In this document: positions 12,612-27,600 of the stretch, piece after piece
Numbering within the stretch: position 1 is the first letter of the stretch
How the letters are laid out: every line of letters begins with the position of its first letter
DNA from: Octopus sinensis
Lineage: Eukaryota
NCBI RefSeq assembly: GCF_006345805.1
Contig: NC_043000.1
Location: forward strand, 56,544,001-56,608,000
Direction: 5' to 3'
Length of the DNA: 64,000 nucleotides
Notes under the pieces: model-generated
The model's database searches: none
The model's input: the letters and a program-made list of their open reading frames with translations, nothing else
What the model was told of the DNA's origin: nothing
Translations under genes and position numbers: made by a program

Positions 12612-14895
12612 CTGCAACAACAACAACAACAACAACAAAAAAAAAGAACGCACATATACTAAGACACACACAAAAACACACATTAAAACTAATGATGACT
12701 AAACTTTGGTGATAGTAGAAAATTTTAAAAAATAAGCACTTCTCTTCAATGGTTCCAGAATGTTCTAACTCTAACTAGTTGCAATTAACTTGGTTCTTCC
12801 ATTTATTTTATCGTTGTGGTCAGGATAGTTTTATTTAGTATCATTAGTACTAATGCAATGTATAGCAAATGCTAGCTAGCCAGCTACCTAGCTGAGTGAA
12901 AACTACTTTATCAGATTCTAAACCACACAATATTTCATTCTCACGAATAAATGACTACTTTTGTCATGACAAAACTCTTAAATTCTTAATGAAATCCAAC
13001 ACCTTGATATTAGTCAGGTTAGCAATTTTTCTTTGAGAACCTATCTTTAGTCTGACACTTAACAATGTTTCGTCAATATACAATTCCAGCAAATATCTGG
13101 CGTTTGTTACAACTCTCTCTGCAAGATTCCTTTCCATAGCCATTGATTTTCTTTTATGTTTATTTGTTTGATTTTTACTTTTCTTTTTTTTTCCCTTTTC
13201 TTTTTTCATGTCTACTCTTCAGTACTGAGAAAATGGAACATTAGTTTACATGTGATGCAAATGTTTCTGTTTCAAATCTCAAGCATTTTATTAGTAAAAT
13301 GTGGATCTATGTTTATTCACATTCTGTGACATTGTACGCAATTGCAACTTTACATTAATAAATAACTTATGGGTGAACGGGTGAAATAAATTTGCTACAT
13401 GGAAACTGTGGAAAACTGTTGTGTGTTTGTATATGTGCAAGTTGTACATGGTTCCAGGTTCAGTTCCACTGCATGGCACCTTGGACAAGTGTCTTCTACT
13501 ATAGCCTTGGGTTTACCAAAGTTTTGAGAGTGGATTTGGTAGATGGAAACTGAAAGAAGCCCATCATGTATGCATACATATACGTGTGCGTCTTGATGTC
13601 TATGTTTGTTCCCCAGCAGCACTTGATAACTGTGTGTTTATGTCCCCATAACCTGGCAGTTTGGGCAAAAGAGATTGATGGAATAAGTACTAGCCTTTAA
13701 AAAAACGTTCCCGAGTCAATTAATTCAACTAAAAAAAAGAATTCTCCAAGACAGTGCCCCAGCATAGCAGCAGTCTGTGTGTGTACGTGTGTGCATGAGG
13801 GTGTGTTTTTCAGTATAGTAGTGTAAGTTGGTGTGTTGAGTTACCCCCCTTTGTAAAACAAGAAAATATAGAGTAAAAATGATAACCAATAAATTAAGTA
13901 CCACAGTTAAATAAGTACTCAGTGCAATATATCAACAACTAAAACCCTTGAAAACAAAGGTGAAGGTGATGTTCAACATGACTATATTCTAACTGACCGA
14001 GACTAGTGAACTAAACCAGGTAGACTACATAAATAGATTAAGATTCCATCAGCTTGGCTGTTGTTGTTGTTCTTGCTCTTCCTGTAATTGTTGTTGTTAG
14101 TTGTTGTAGTGATAGTGGAGGGTTGGCATCAGATTAGTAATGGAGAACTTAGTTATAGAACTAAAGACATCTAAATTTCTTGCATACTTATTATGAAGTA
14201 AATAGAAACTATTCTTTTATTCCTATACTTGTTTCAGTCATTTGACTGTGGCCATGTTAGGGTATCACTTTAAAGGGGTTTTAGTCAAAGAAATCAATCC
14301 CAGGACTTATTCTTTGTAAGCTTAGTACTTTATTGATCTCTAATACTAGACCACTAAGTTATGGGGATATAAACACACCAACATTGGTTGTCAAGCAATG
14401 GTGGGGAGACAAATACAGAAACAAAGACACACATACATAAAAATGTATATATATATATATATATACACAACAGACTTCTTTCAGTTTCCATCTACCAAAT
14501 CCACACACAAGGCTTTGGTCAGCCTGAGGCTACAGTAGAAGATACTCGGCCAAGATGACTGAACCTGGAACCATGTTTGGTGAGAAGCAAAGTTCTTACC
14601 ACACAGCCATGCCTGTGCCTATGTGGAGTAAATTTCATTAAAATTATGGCTATGAAAGTATTCAAAAGAATCAGTTAGAGAGAAGTAGAAAATCAAAGGT
14701 ACAAGGTAGGAAGAGAACCATGAAAGTCGACATATGAACCATGTTCGACAAAAGCTTCACTAAGTAAATTGTACCTTTTACTGAAGCCTTAAGTTAACCA
14801 GATCAGTAGCACTATTATGTGTGTGTGTGTGTGTTGTATATATATACACACACACATATATATACATATACAACATATTCATTTGTATATATATG

Positions 14896-14932
<37 letters not shown>

Positions 14933-14975
14933 ATATATGTATATATATATATGTATATATATATATGTATATATT

Positions 14976-15006
<31 letters not shown>

Positions 15007-15064
15007 GAATATGTTGTCTATGTATGTGTGTATGTGTATATGTATGTATATACATTCATACATA

Positions 15065-15096
<32 letters not shown>

Positions 15097-16500
15097 ATAC
15101 ACACACACATGCATCCATACATTCCTTGATACATAGATACATACATATATATACATACACACACACACAAACTCACATGCTAAATTGAGGTCATTATTTT
15201 TGAGTTACTTTAAAAATAACAACAGAACAGTTGCTAATGGAGTGGCTTAATACTGAGAGTTGAGTCAAATTTGTTGTAAAGTTTTTATGTTAGTTGAGAG
15301 ATTAAGGCACACTTAACAGCTTATTCGACCAGTCAACTGGTAAAATAATCTATTAGACAAAGGTTGAACTCCCTGTCAATACGAACGTTACAATATTGCT
15401 AGTTTTGAAACGGACGTTTTGATGACTGATTGACTCTCAAATTCTTTATTTGCTTAACCCTATTGATACTAATCCACCTGAGATTGCCCTTGGTTTTATG
15501 ATATAAATTCCTGTGATCTTAATTAAAACTATTCATCAAAGTTCCACAATAATTTATGTTTCAAATACCAGCTTAAAGATGGCAAAGTTATTCTATTTAA
15601 TTCTTCATTATTTTCAAAAGGAATTGAAATGAAAGTAGTGAATTTCAAGAGAAATATAGTAAAAAAAGAGCTAGAGTTATTGTTATTGAAAAGACATCCT
15701 CCAAATGTAACCTATTTCTTTACTACCCACAAGGGGCTAAACACACAGAGGACAAAGGACAAACAGATTAAGTCGATTATATCGACCCCAGAGCTTAACT
15801 GGTACTTATTTAATCGACCTCGAAAGGATGAAAGGCAAAGTCGACCTTGGCAGTATTTGAACTCAGAACGTAAAGACAGACGAAATAACGCTAAGCATTT
15901 CGTCCGGCGTGCTAACATTTCTGCCAGCTCAAACATAACCACAATGGCTTACACTGCATGTATGCATGCATGTGTGCGTGTGTGTAGGCATAGCTGTGTG
16001 GTAAGATGTTTGCTTCCCAACCACATAGTTCCAAATTCAGTCCCACTGTGTGGCACCTTGGACAAGTGTCTTCTACTATAGCCTTGGGTTGACTAAAGCC
16101 TTGTGAGTGGATTTGGTAGATGTAACTAAATGAAGCCCGTCGTATGTATGTATGTATGAATGAATGTATGTATGTATGTATTTGTGTATTTGTACCTGTG
16201 TTTGTCCCCACCACCACCACCACCACTGCTTGACAACTGATGCTGGTATGTTTACATCCCTGTAATTAGCGATTCAGTAATGCCATCTCTTGCAAACAAA
16301 GTGTCCAGTGCTGAAGGGAGGCAGAAATAGTTCGAATCCAGACTGGTATGCTGGTCCCATCACAAGAGGGCGGTAGGGGTTCCTTCCCCTGCTCACAATA
16401 TATAGGATGCAGCTATGCATCCTTAATCAGCAAGAGGAAAAATTACAGTAAATTTCACTCAAACAGAACAACCATGCTGAAGTGGCTATGAACATTACTT

Positions 16501-16579
<79 letters not shown>

Positions 16580-17934
16580 ATGTGTGGGTGTGTGGGTGTG
16601 TGTGTATGTATATATATATATATATATATCTTTTATCTTTGCTTTGTTTCAGTCATTAGACTGTGACCAACTAAAAGTAAAATGGAATAAGTTAGTATGA
16701 GAAGAAGGAGGGAAATCTGGGCCCTTTATAGTAGATATCATTTAAATTTGTAGTTTTTCTACAGAATTTTCGTACCCTATTTTTTATTTTATTATTTTTT
16801 TTTTACTTTTACTTGTTTCAGTCATTGACTGTAACCATGCTGGAGCACCACCTTGACTTACTCTATCAATCTCTTATGCCAAACCACTAAGTTGATGATG
16901 GAAAATATTGGATGGGCAATAACCCTATACACCTTCCGCTGAGAACTTCTCAAAATCACAGACAGTTCTGGGTCACTTGTCAGAGAAGTCACCAGGCATT
17001 GTTCATTGTCTTAGTGGGGGAAAAAGAGAATTATACAGACTAATTTCATATTTTATCAGTCAAACACAGAAGAGAAGATTATGATGACTGTCATTGTTGT
17101 TGTGGTGGTGGTTGTTTTGTCATTGATTCAACCAATTTTAGAATCTGTTCCAGCTGTGACCAACTTTTTATTTTTTTTTTCCTCTTTGCCTGTCAGTAAA
17201 ATGTACTGCGTTGGAATAGAAAGAAATAAGTGTTATTGAGAAATATTGCGAGAATTATTTCAAAGAAATTTATAAGCACAGATGATTCCTGACTCTATAT
17301 TATTTTGATTTACCATATTGCAGATGCTACAAATTAAAACATATTTCATTAAAATCTTCATTTCACACAAATATTCACAAATACATTTTATCCCACTTCT
17401 CTTATAATTCAATTTACATCTTGAGATTCCTTATAGGAATATAAAAAAGAAAAAGAAAGGATGAAAACAGAATTATTGTGAAATATTGCTTGAAAATAAT
17501 TAAACAAAGACATAGACATAGCTGTGTGGTAAGAAGCTTGCTACTCAATCACATGGCTTTGAGTTCAATCGCATTGCCTGGCACCTTGGGTAAGCATCTT
17601 CCACTATAGCCAACCAAAGACTTGTGAGTGAATTTAGTAGATGGGACCTGAAAGAAGCCTGTCGTATATGCATGTGTGTCTTTGTGTCTGTCATGCTCCA
17701 CCCGTCAACTGGTCTTGGTTTGTTTACATCCCCATAATGTAGTGATTTGGCAAAAAGTGACTCATAGAATAAGCACCAGGCTTAGAGATAAGTAGATTCA
17801 TTCAACTAAAGCTTTCAAGACAGTGCTCCAGCATGGCCACTCTCTGTGATGTGAAATCTGGTCCTCAGCTACAACCACAAGGATCATAAGTTCAATCCAG
17901 CTGCCATTAAATTGTGTATTTAGTTAGCAGATAA

Positions 17935-18387
17935 ATCCTTTTCATACTAACCCACCTGAGACTTCTGTTAGTTCTATGATACAAACTTCCTATTTATTCT
18001 AAGGGATCTTGATTTAACCCTTTAGCATTTAAACTGGTCATATCAGGCCCAAATATTCTACACGCTTTATGTTCAGACAGGGCATATCTGGTCTCTCATA
18101 CCAACTTTACAATGTCATTCTTAAGCTAAACAATCACATCATCAAAATCTTTAATCTACAAATTAATTCATGATTGATTTAAAACAATGAGAATAAATAA
18201 TCATTACATTTGACAGAGAAATATGAATGCTAAAGGATTAAAACCTTCCATCAAGATTTCATGTTAATTTATGTCCCAAACACCAGCTTAATTTGACAGC
18301 TAATTTACTAAATTCTTTATTATGTTCAAAATTAATTACAACAAGGGTAGTGTATTCAAACAGAAATATCTTAACAAAATGGTTGAA
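17935..18387 (+). mobile_element. piggyBac-type MITE nested at a TTAA inside a second MITE
   Basis: Inner element 18018-18237 reads TTAA|CCCTTTAGCATT...AATGCTAAAGGA|TTAA; family copies at 57949-58167, ~7943-8465, ~35393-35620 and ~63690-63795. The flanks join into a second family also seen uninterrupted at ~15454-15675. Confidence 0.7.
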
Positions 18388-19379
18388 TTTCACATGCCTC
18401 TGTCTAGTATATAACAATAGATTACAGTAGATCACTTAAGAACATTACATAACATAGATATAGACCACCATTCTATCCTGAAACAAAATTTATATTTCTC
18501 ACCTGCTTCATGCCAAGATATCAGAGATAAAAACCATTCAAGCTACTTAAAAGTTTTCTGCCCACTCCTCAAAGTTTTACAAAACATTTACACTCATATA
18601 ACAAACATAATACATCAAGCCAGCAAGGATGTCTTTACTTCAGATGTTGTCTGAGTCCCAAGTTTTGTTTGTTCACTTACAATTCCAGGTTTCCTCAACT
18701 TTTTCCCTCCTCTTTGAATTACCGTTCAGTAATTTTCATCACTGTTATCCTTTTACAGTGGTAATTATTGAAACAATTTATGAAACAAAATTTCTTTATT
18801 AATTAAATCAATTAACTGTGATCAAGGGAAATTTATTAATTGCAATAAAAAAAAAACTGTTTTTATTCAATGGGTTATAAAACTTTAATTTGAAGTCTAC
18901 ATGATTAGTCATTATGCTAAAAATAGAAGCCAAACTTACTAAAACTTGCTAATTTATAAAAAAATGAGATGATCCCCACAGCTGAGATACCTTTGAGTAA
19001 AGAGCTGTTCAACTAGGGTTGATCTGGGGAGAGAAGGTAACCATAACAACAATAGCATTAACACCAACAAATAATAATTTGGTAGCAATTTTCAATCCTG
19101 TATTCGTTTTCTTTGATTTTTAAATTTATAAGCCGTAGGTTTTTGCTTTACTTCTTATACAATTCGAAATATTGAGGAAAAGAAATCAACTGTGACAATG
19201 TTGACTGGAAAGATCAGAGAGGCCAGACTTTATTCAGGGTCCAAAGTCAGTTATGCAAGATGCCATAACCAAACCTAAACATTACCCTTTATGGTTGTTG
19301 TTATTATTATTTTAATAATTGTTGTTGTTGATGTTATCATCACCATCATCATCCTCATCACTATCATCATCATTGTCAT

Positions 19380-19382
19380 AAA

Positions 19383-19445
<63 letters not shown>

Positions 19446-19470
19446 CAATAATAAAAATAATAATAATAAT
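19380..19470. repeat. (AAT)n microsatellite
   Basis: Directly visible; explains the poly-N and poly-L ORFs at 19275-19494. Confidence 0.95.
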
Positions 19471-19499
19471 GTTATCAAGCTATTGTGCTGCTGATAAAG

Positions 19500-19945
19500 A
19501 ATATTTAGTCAAAAAAACTACTACTTTTAGAGAGCTGACTTTGTCTGCAGAATATAAGGTGGCTGACTTTACACAGTACCAGGCAACCAGCTGAGAGATT
19601 GGCAGTTCAAATTCTGTCAGTGGCACTCTGGGATGTCTCCAACAAATACACAGGCAGAAGGGAAGGAACCACTCCAAGTGAAAGAGCAAAAGCTTGCCTG
19701 GTACAGTTACATATCTTGCCACAACTCTCTATCCAAAACAATTCTCAGGACACAGTTGAGAAAGGGTAAAAAGAGGAAGACAGAGAAAATCTTGGTCTGA
19801 CAGCATCAAGGACTGTTGCAATGCCACGACCCTGTTATGTATGACAGAGAACAGAGACTGGTGACAATGGTTGACTGCAAAAATGTCTAGGGTGGCACCC
19901 CAAAGACTGGCTGCATTAGTTAAGGGATGACGAGGATGATGATAA
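19500..19945 (+). mobile_element. RTE-like LINE 3' remnant
   Basis: Degenerate translation VKEQKLAWYSYISCHNSLSKTIL..TVE..KRGRQRKSWSDSIKD, ending in a (GAT)n-like tail. Confidence 0.55.
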
Positions 19946-20103
19946 TGGTGTGTGTGTGTGTGTGTGTGTGTGCTTGCATATATTGTTTAAAACAGTTTGA
20001 TTCAGCTCTATGTATCTTAGAGTTTCATAGGCTTCATACAGAGACTAGCTTCTTTGGGATCAGATTACATATACACACACATACATACATATATATATAT
20101 ATA

Positions 20104-20495
20104 CTAGCAGTATCACCCGGCGTTGCTCGGGTTTGTAAGGGAAATAACTATATAAGCATTTTTAGAGAGTTATAGCCAAAAAAATAGCAAAAAATGCATT
20201 TAAAATGGAAAAAAAAATTATGGTAAATTTTTTTTTAAATCGTTGACACATCGTAGACATTTTTAGAGAGTTACTTCCCTTATATAATAGCGAAAAAATG
20301 CATTAAAATGGGAAAAAATGATGGTAAATTTTTTTTTAAATCGTAGACGCGTGCTAATACCCAGAAGGGCTCGATATGAATCACGACTATAAGATACCCG
20401 GTTTTGGTTAAACTGCACCGCAAAATGTGGGAGTAGTTAGGAATCTAAATCGTAGAAGACAGACACTCACACAACTTCACTTTTATATATAAAGA
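20104..20495 (-). mobile_element. Non-autonomous Helitron, copy 2
   Basis: Same TC...hairpin-CTAG termini as 139-651, inserted in a (TA)n tract. The interior carries a tandem duplication instead of the unique segment of copy 1. Confidence 0.8.
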
Positions 20496-21041
20496 TATAT
20501 ATATATATATATATAATGTGTGCGTGTGTATGTGTGTGTAGACATATATATATTTTTATTAAAATTTAGCGGAAGTAACAGAGTTACTCAAGGTCCAAGA
20601 ATTTCATGTGTTGGCACTAATCAAACTAGTTACAGGTCAAAGACCTGTGCCTTTATACAGATGTTGATAAATAAACATATTTCCAGACGTATATATACAT
20701 ATATGAATTTATAAGGAATTATGGAGATAAACAAATTAGACACATCAAATATATCAAATATATTAAATACATCAAATACAAAATATGTATCTTTTACTTG
20801 TTTCCGTCATTTGACTGTGGCCATGCTGGAGCACCACCTTTAGTCGAGCAAATTGACCCCAGGACTTATTCTTTGTAAGCCCAGTACTTATTCTATTGGT
20901 CTCTTTTGCCAAGCCGCTAAGTGACGGGGACGTAAACACACCAGCATCGGTTGTCAAGCAATGCTAGGGGGATAAATACAGACATACAAACATACACCAC
21001 ACACACACACATATATATACATATATATATATGTGTGTGTG

Positions 21042-21101
<60 letters not shown>

Positions 21102-21607
21102 TATATACAACAGGCTTCTTTGATTTTCCGTCTACCAAATCCAATCACAAGGCTTTGGTTCACCTGAGGCTATAGTAGAAGACACTTGCCCAAGATGCTA
21201 TGCAGTAGGACTGAACCCGGAACCATGTGGTTGGTAAGCAAGCAACTTACCACACAGCCACTCCTATGCAAAGCAAGAGAAAGCAAAAGGTAGCAACTTT
21301 CAAATGGTGAATGATGAATTTATATCTATGATATATATATATATATTTATTTATATAAATAGGTCCAACTTACACAGATTACAAACGACAGAGAAACTTA
21401 AAGATGTGAGAAACAGGTATAATAAGTCCAACAGCTGTTTCTGGGGGGTTCAGCGATCCAGAATAATGTTGGCAGATTTAGACCACCACAAAATGCGACT
21501 GTATGGATGCACTTAAATAGGATGAGACAAGCCTCGGTCATCACAGTCGAGAAGATCACATGTATATATACACATATAAAAATATATTTAAGTACCTGAT
21601 TAAGTAG

Positions 21608-21649
<42 letters not shown>

Positions 21650-21662
21650 TACATGCACGCGT

Positions 21663-21703
<41 letters not shown>

Positions 21704-21712
21704 TGCACGCGT

Positions 21713-21751
<39 letters not shown>

Positions 21752-22144
21752 GCATAAAGGTGTTATATAGTTGAGAAACAAGCTACTTAGCACACAGAGC
21801 ACATATATACAAAATATATACTCAAAATTCATAACAACATATTAGAGTTCCCACAGACATCCAGTTTTATACACCTACATTATTATCATTAGAAGTCATT
21901 GATAAATAACAGGAGACTGAGCACTGAACTCTGATGGACACCTAAATGCATTCACCTCACAAACAGCACCCATGTACATGGCTTGGATGGCTCTCACAAC
22001 CCATCTTTCTACTCCCAGTTGCTTCTATGCCTACCAGATCAATAAGCGAAGGACTCTCCCAAAGGCTTTCTCAATAAATGCTAAGTGTGGCAGATTATTC
22101 TCAGCAAAGTACTTCTGCTAAACACTTGGTTGTTTTCCATCTTA

Positions 22145-22189
<45 letters not shown>

Positions 22190-22290
22190 TCTCCTTTGCC
22201 GAACCATTAACTTACAGGAATGTAAACACACCAACATCAGTTGTCAAGCAATTCCAGGGGGGACAAACACAGACACACACACCATATATA

Positions 22291-22339
<49 letters not shown>

Positions 22340-22498
22340 ATATGCAACGGGCTTCTTTCCAGTTTCTGTCTACCAAATCCACTCACATGGCTTTGATCAG
22401 CCCAAGGCTATAGTAGAAGACACTTGCCCAAAGTGTCACACATTGGGACTGAACCCAGAACCATGTGGTTGGTAAGCAAGCTTCTTACCACACAGTCA

Positions 22499-22560
<62 letters not shown>

Positions 22561-23217
22561 TATACAAATACATACACATATATATACTTCAAAATATATA
22601 CGCACACATAAACACACATACAAACATAAATATAGATTAATAGCAAAAAATATGGAAATATGCATTCAAGCAAATGGAATTTGAGTTTTAAATGTGAAAC
22701 TAACATTTCTATAAAAGAATATACAAAGAAAAAAAATTTTTCAAACTTAATCTTCAAGTTTAAAAATAACATATACATATATGGTGCAGGAGTGGCTGTG
22801 TGGTAAGAAGCCTGCTTCCCAACCACATGGTTCCAGGTTCAATCCCACTGCATGGCACCTTGGGCAAGAGTCTTCTACTACAGCCCCCAGCTGACCAAAG
22901 CCTTGTGAGTGTATTTGATAGGTGGAAACTGAAAGAAGCCTGTCATATATGTACATATATATGTATGTATTTGTGTGTCTCTGTTTGTCCCCACACCTTT
23001 GCTTCACAATTGATGTTGGTGTGTTTACATCCCCATAACTTAGCATTTTGGCAACAAAAAGACCGACAGAATAAGTACTAGGCTTACAAAAGTAAGTCCG
23101 GGGGCGATTGGTGCTCTAGCATGGCCACAGTCAAATAACTGACACAAGTAATTGAAAGAATAAAAAAAATACAAAATTACATTCATACACATATGCATAT
23201 ATATACATACAAACATT

Positions 23218-23645
23218 ACGTAAAAAGCACCATCCGATCGTGGCCATTGCTAGCCTCGCCTGGCTCCCGTGCCGGTGGCACGTAAAAAGCACCCTCTGAT
23301 CATGGCCATTGCCAGCCTCGCCTGGCCCCCGTGCCAGTGGTACGTAAAAAGCACCATCCGATCGTGGCCATTGCCAGCGTCACCTGGCCCCCGTGCCAGT
23401 GGCATGTAAAAAGCACCATCCAACCGTGGCCGCTTGCCAGCCCCATCTGGCACCTGTGCCCGTAGCACGTAAAAAGCACCCACTACACTCACGGAGTGGT
23501 TGGCATTAGGAAGGGCATCCAGCCGTAGAAACATTGCCATATCAGACTGGGCCTGGTGCAGCCTTCTGGCTTCCCAGACCCCAGTTGAACCGTCCAACCC
23601 ATGCTAGCATGGAAAGCGGATGCTAAATGATGATGATGATGATAT
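23218..23645 (+). repeat. RTE 3'UTR with ~4.5 tandem ~60-bp units
   Basis: Unit CGTAAAAAGCACCATCCGATCGTGGCCATTGCCAGCCTCGCCTGGCCCCCGTGCC.GTGG repeated over 23218-23480, followed by the standard tail and (GAT)n. Confidence 0.85.
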
Positions 23646-23804
23646 ATATATGCATATATATATATACAGGCAGATATATACACAAGCACACACACATATA
23701 TATGTTAGCACATGTATTTTGCAATAACAATCATTTAAAATGTTCTATATGTATTTTCAATAAGCAAAAAAGAAAAAAAATTTACAGTCCTTTTTTTCTT
23801 TCAG

Positions 23805-23818
23805 ACAGGTTGTGAAAG
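23805..23818 (+). CDS. Candidate 14-nt microexon
   Basis: ttttttctttcag|ACAGGTTGTGAAAG|gtacgt; phase-compatible with 34395-34441, giving TGCER-CLERIGYQEDLVDIS. Confidence 0.25.
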
Positions 23819-24206
23819 GTACGTTTTATGCTAGATATTAAGCACAAGTAACATTGGTATTTTTCAACCAGAGAAAAGCTATGTGAAATAAAGGACTCTG
23901 GTTATTAGAGAGTGATAGGGAGAAAAAGAAATTATTAAATATTTTAAGTTATTGTGATTGAAAGTGTTTCTGAATATTCAAGAAGATATTCCTTCATTGA
24001 GTTGAAAAATTAATAATTCAAATATTTCAAAATAAATTTAGGAGAGATGGAGTGAGAGAAAAACAGAGAGAAAAAGAGGGGGAGGAGATAATAGGGTGGG
24101 GGTAGGAGGCAGCGAGTAAAAAAGAGTAGGAAGCCTGCGAGTGAAAAGCAATAACAGAGAGTGGGAGGGAGAGAGCAAGACGAAGGGAGTGGGAGTGAGG
24201 GAGTAA

Positions 24207-24238
<32 letters not shown>

Positions 24239-26209
24239 CAAAGCTTTACAAACAAAATGCATCGAATCAGCAAAAATATTATTCCACAAGAACTGAAGAA
24301 ATGCAAACTTTTATTTATATTTTAATTTTTTTTTTCAACAATTTCATTGTGTTTTATTGTGATTCTAATAGCTTAGTTTGTCTTAGCACCATTTATGCAG
24401 AAAAGTGGATTAAGTTGAATGCAGAAGCTAGACAAATAATTGCACTGGAATACACTTGAAATTTCATATTTTGCATCGAATCTGCTGAGTTTGTTTCTGT
24501 AAGAAATTAAAGACCAAATCATAAGAACTCTACCAAGATCTATAAGCTGCTACTAAACACAGTATTACCATCTTCATGGCAATACTGTAATTACTTTAAG
24601 ATATCAGAACAAGGGACAAATAGAAGAATTTTAAAAAACTGGACTAATTTTCAAGTACAAGGGTGCAAGAATGGCTATGCAGTTCAGCGGTCTACTTCAG
24701 AGTCACATAGTTTTGGATATAGTTCCAATGAATGGGCGGTACATTGAGCAAGTGTCTTCTATGATAGCCCTGGGCAGATCAATGACTTGTGAGGGAATTT
24801 GCTAGACAGAAACTGAAAGGTCATTGCATATATATGTATATCATCATCGTCGTCATCGCCACCGCCACTACCGCCGCTGTCGTCATCATCATCACCATCA
24901 TCATTTAGCATCTACTTTCCATGCTGGCATAGCTTAGATGGTTAACTGAAATTGATAAGCTGGAGGGCTACACCAGATTCCAATCTGATTTGGCATGGTT
25001 TCTATGGTTGAATGCCCTTCCTAATGCTAACCACTCCAAGACTGTAGTGTGTGCTATCTATGTGTCACTGGAATGGATGCCAGTTACATGACACTGGTGT
25101 CAACCATGACTACAATTTCACTTGGCTTGATGGGTCTTCTCAAGCATGCCATTATCGCCAAAGGTCTTGGTCACATTTTATTACCTCCATGAGGCCCAAT
25201 GTTCGATGATCATGCTTCACCACTTCCTTCCATGTCTTCCCGAGTCTACCCCCTTCTACAGGTTCCCTCCATAGTTAGAGATTGGCACAACACAGTTGTC
25301 TTTGTCCATACACATCACATGACTATACCAACACAGTTGCACACTACACTGGATGCCTCTTATGCCCAACTTTTCTCTCAAGATGCTTACACTCTGTTGT
25401 ACATGCACACTGACATTGCACATCCAACAAAGCATACTAGCTTCATTTCTTTCAAGCCTACGCATGTCCTTGGTGGTGACAGCCCATGCAGAATTCATAA
25501 ACAAACAATAGCCTTCAGTCTGCATACACTCTACCATCATTTTTATGCGCTACGTGATCACTACCTTACATAGGAGATAAACCTTAAGTAGGGGTGGGGA
25601 TAGCACTAAGCCTTTAGAAGTGTTCATGGGAAATGTCAGAGGATAGGGACTTCTAGTACAGGTGGTGGGGGATTGGCATACCGCAAAACAGCAAATGCTG
25701 TCAGTGTCAGTGAATAACATGATAACAGTGAGATAGAATTGAAAAATCTTAGAATTTTCGGTCAGTCAATCTGTGACAAAATCAGAGAAATGAATAAGTA
25801 ATGATGTGACAAAATTAAAGAAATGAATAAGTGACAATGTGATAAAATTAAATAAATGAATGAATAAGTGACAATAGTAAATGCGCGTGAAAGAACTTAA
25901 GTTTGTTTTTAAAACATAACAGCTTGGAAGATGAAACTATGGTTACATAGGTAATGAAATAGATAGAATAATGAAAAGAACTAAGGAGATTATGATCTGT
26001 GCAGATAGATAGGTGTTAGATGTATGAAGCTGAAAAACACAAGATTTCTTATCTGAACATCTGGATTTGTATTCTTTTGGTGGACAAAAATTTATAAATA
26101 TATAAAAATTCATAGACATATAAAAATTTATAAATACATAAAAATTCATAAATATAAATATATAAAAATATAAGTTCATAAATGTACCTCTAAAGTCCAA
26201 ATGTTCAAA

Positions 26210-27527
26210 GTATTTGAGGATAAATTAGATATTCTTATCGACACACCTTTGATTATCCCCTTAATATCAATTTGGGGATGATTTGATAAGGCGTGGATAT
26301 ACTTGATAGTTTTGTTAGGCTTATGATAGGGGTAGGATAAGCCATTATCCAAATTTAATGTTACATCCAATATGTTAACACATTTAGAGACCTTTTCAAA
26401 TATAATATCTAATTTGTATAATTTTAAAAATTTTATTAATTTTTTTCCTAACCCTATCAGTTGCTTGTGTGGAGGATTCAGATATTGCAAATAAGGCATC
26501 ATCTCTATATAGCCCTCCACTAATATTAGGGGATTCTTACTTAATTTTTGAGATTAGAAATAGTCCAACAATGTCTGTAACCTGGATGGAATCTGTACTT
26601 CCCATTTTAACATCAAAATCATCATGAACGTCAAATTGGCTCCATGTCCTTTTTTTGAAGGATATCAGTGTTTTCCCTGTGGTAAAGATGATATTTTTTT
26701 CCAAAGGCATAATGCTAGTAAACTTCTCAGCAAATTTAATTGTTTTGTCTAGTAAATCAGGTTTAATGGACTGGTAGTAGTTACTAATGTCAAAAATTAA
26801 ATAAAGCGGGTTTTCTTTTTGTTATTTAAAGAGCAGAACCAAGTTATGACATCTCCCGTGGATGACCAAAGTGGGAGGTTCATGTTTCTTCTAATATGAA
26901 GGATAATTCTATCAATGATAGACTTACTAATTCTGTCCAAATCTGATATGGTTGGGCAGATTAGCCTAACAGTTGGCTTTGTGGTCCTTAAAGGTGAAGT
27001 GAGGGATTTTAGGGGCATAGGGTTCAATAGTATCTAGTAGCTTTAGCTCTTTAATTAAGTCGATATGTTTCTTATTAATTTCATTCAGTCCATTATTAGC
27101 CACTATTTTATATTTAGAGCTCAATTCCTTCAAGAGAGAGTTATTATAGGCATCAGTAGGTAGTGAATATAGGTTTCCTGTTTTATCAGAGAGAACATGT
27201 ATGTAATCAGAATTTTTTTTTTGAGAGATAATAACAGTTAAATTCTTCTGGATGTGGTTTGTAGTTCTTGAGAATTTCAGTTTTTTCACCATGTTAATGA
27301 GGTCTTTTTCCAGTTTCAGTGGAATTGAAAGTGGGGTTTCTGCAGGTTTTCACATTATAATTATCCTGTATATCATTCCAGTGTTTTCTGTCTGAATCAT
27401 AATAGAATGCTTTCCATCTTAATCTTTTTCTGAATTCGTTGATTTTCTGCAGTAGCAAAGCAGTGTACATATCCCTTGATGGAATCGGGATATTTTTTAT
27501 GGAGAAGCTGTGGAATTGTTTCTCCAT
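26210..27527 (-). pseudogene. Penelope-like element reverse transcriptase (resembles the Naiad type), frameshifted and 3'-truncated
   Basis: Ordered minus-strand motifs across frames: SIKNIPIPS..FRKRLRWKAF, DKTGNLY, FTFKDHK, PTVRLICPT, WSSTGDVITWF, FDVKMGSTDSIQVTDIVGL, GGLYRDDAL (catalytic YxDD ~26510-26499), ILDVTLNLDNG..PYHKPN..YIHALSNHP. No GIY-YIG domain is visible. Confidence 0.85.
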
Positions 27528-27600
27528 AAGTTGATGCTGTAGGAAGTGCTCACCTCGAACAAATGTAGAACAATGAAGAAATAAGTGATATAGATATCCA

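Noticed and set aside
12964-13209. Minus ORF MAMERNLAERVVTNARYLLELY...
   Set aside because: Protein-like composition, but no recognisable motif or convincing splice boundaries; the N-terminus is a poly-purine run.
23218-23480. Regularly spaced ~60-bp repeats resembling a CRISPR array
   Set aside because: The units are tandem homologues without unique spacers, lie in a LINE 3'UTR in animal DNA, and no cas genes are present.
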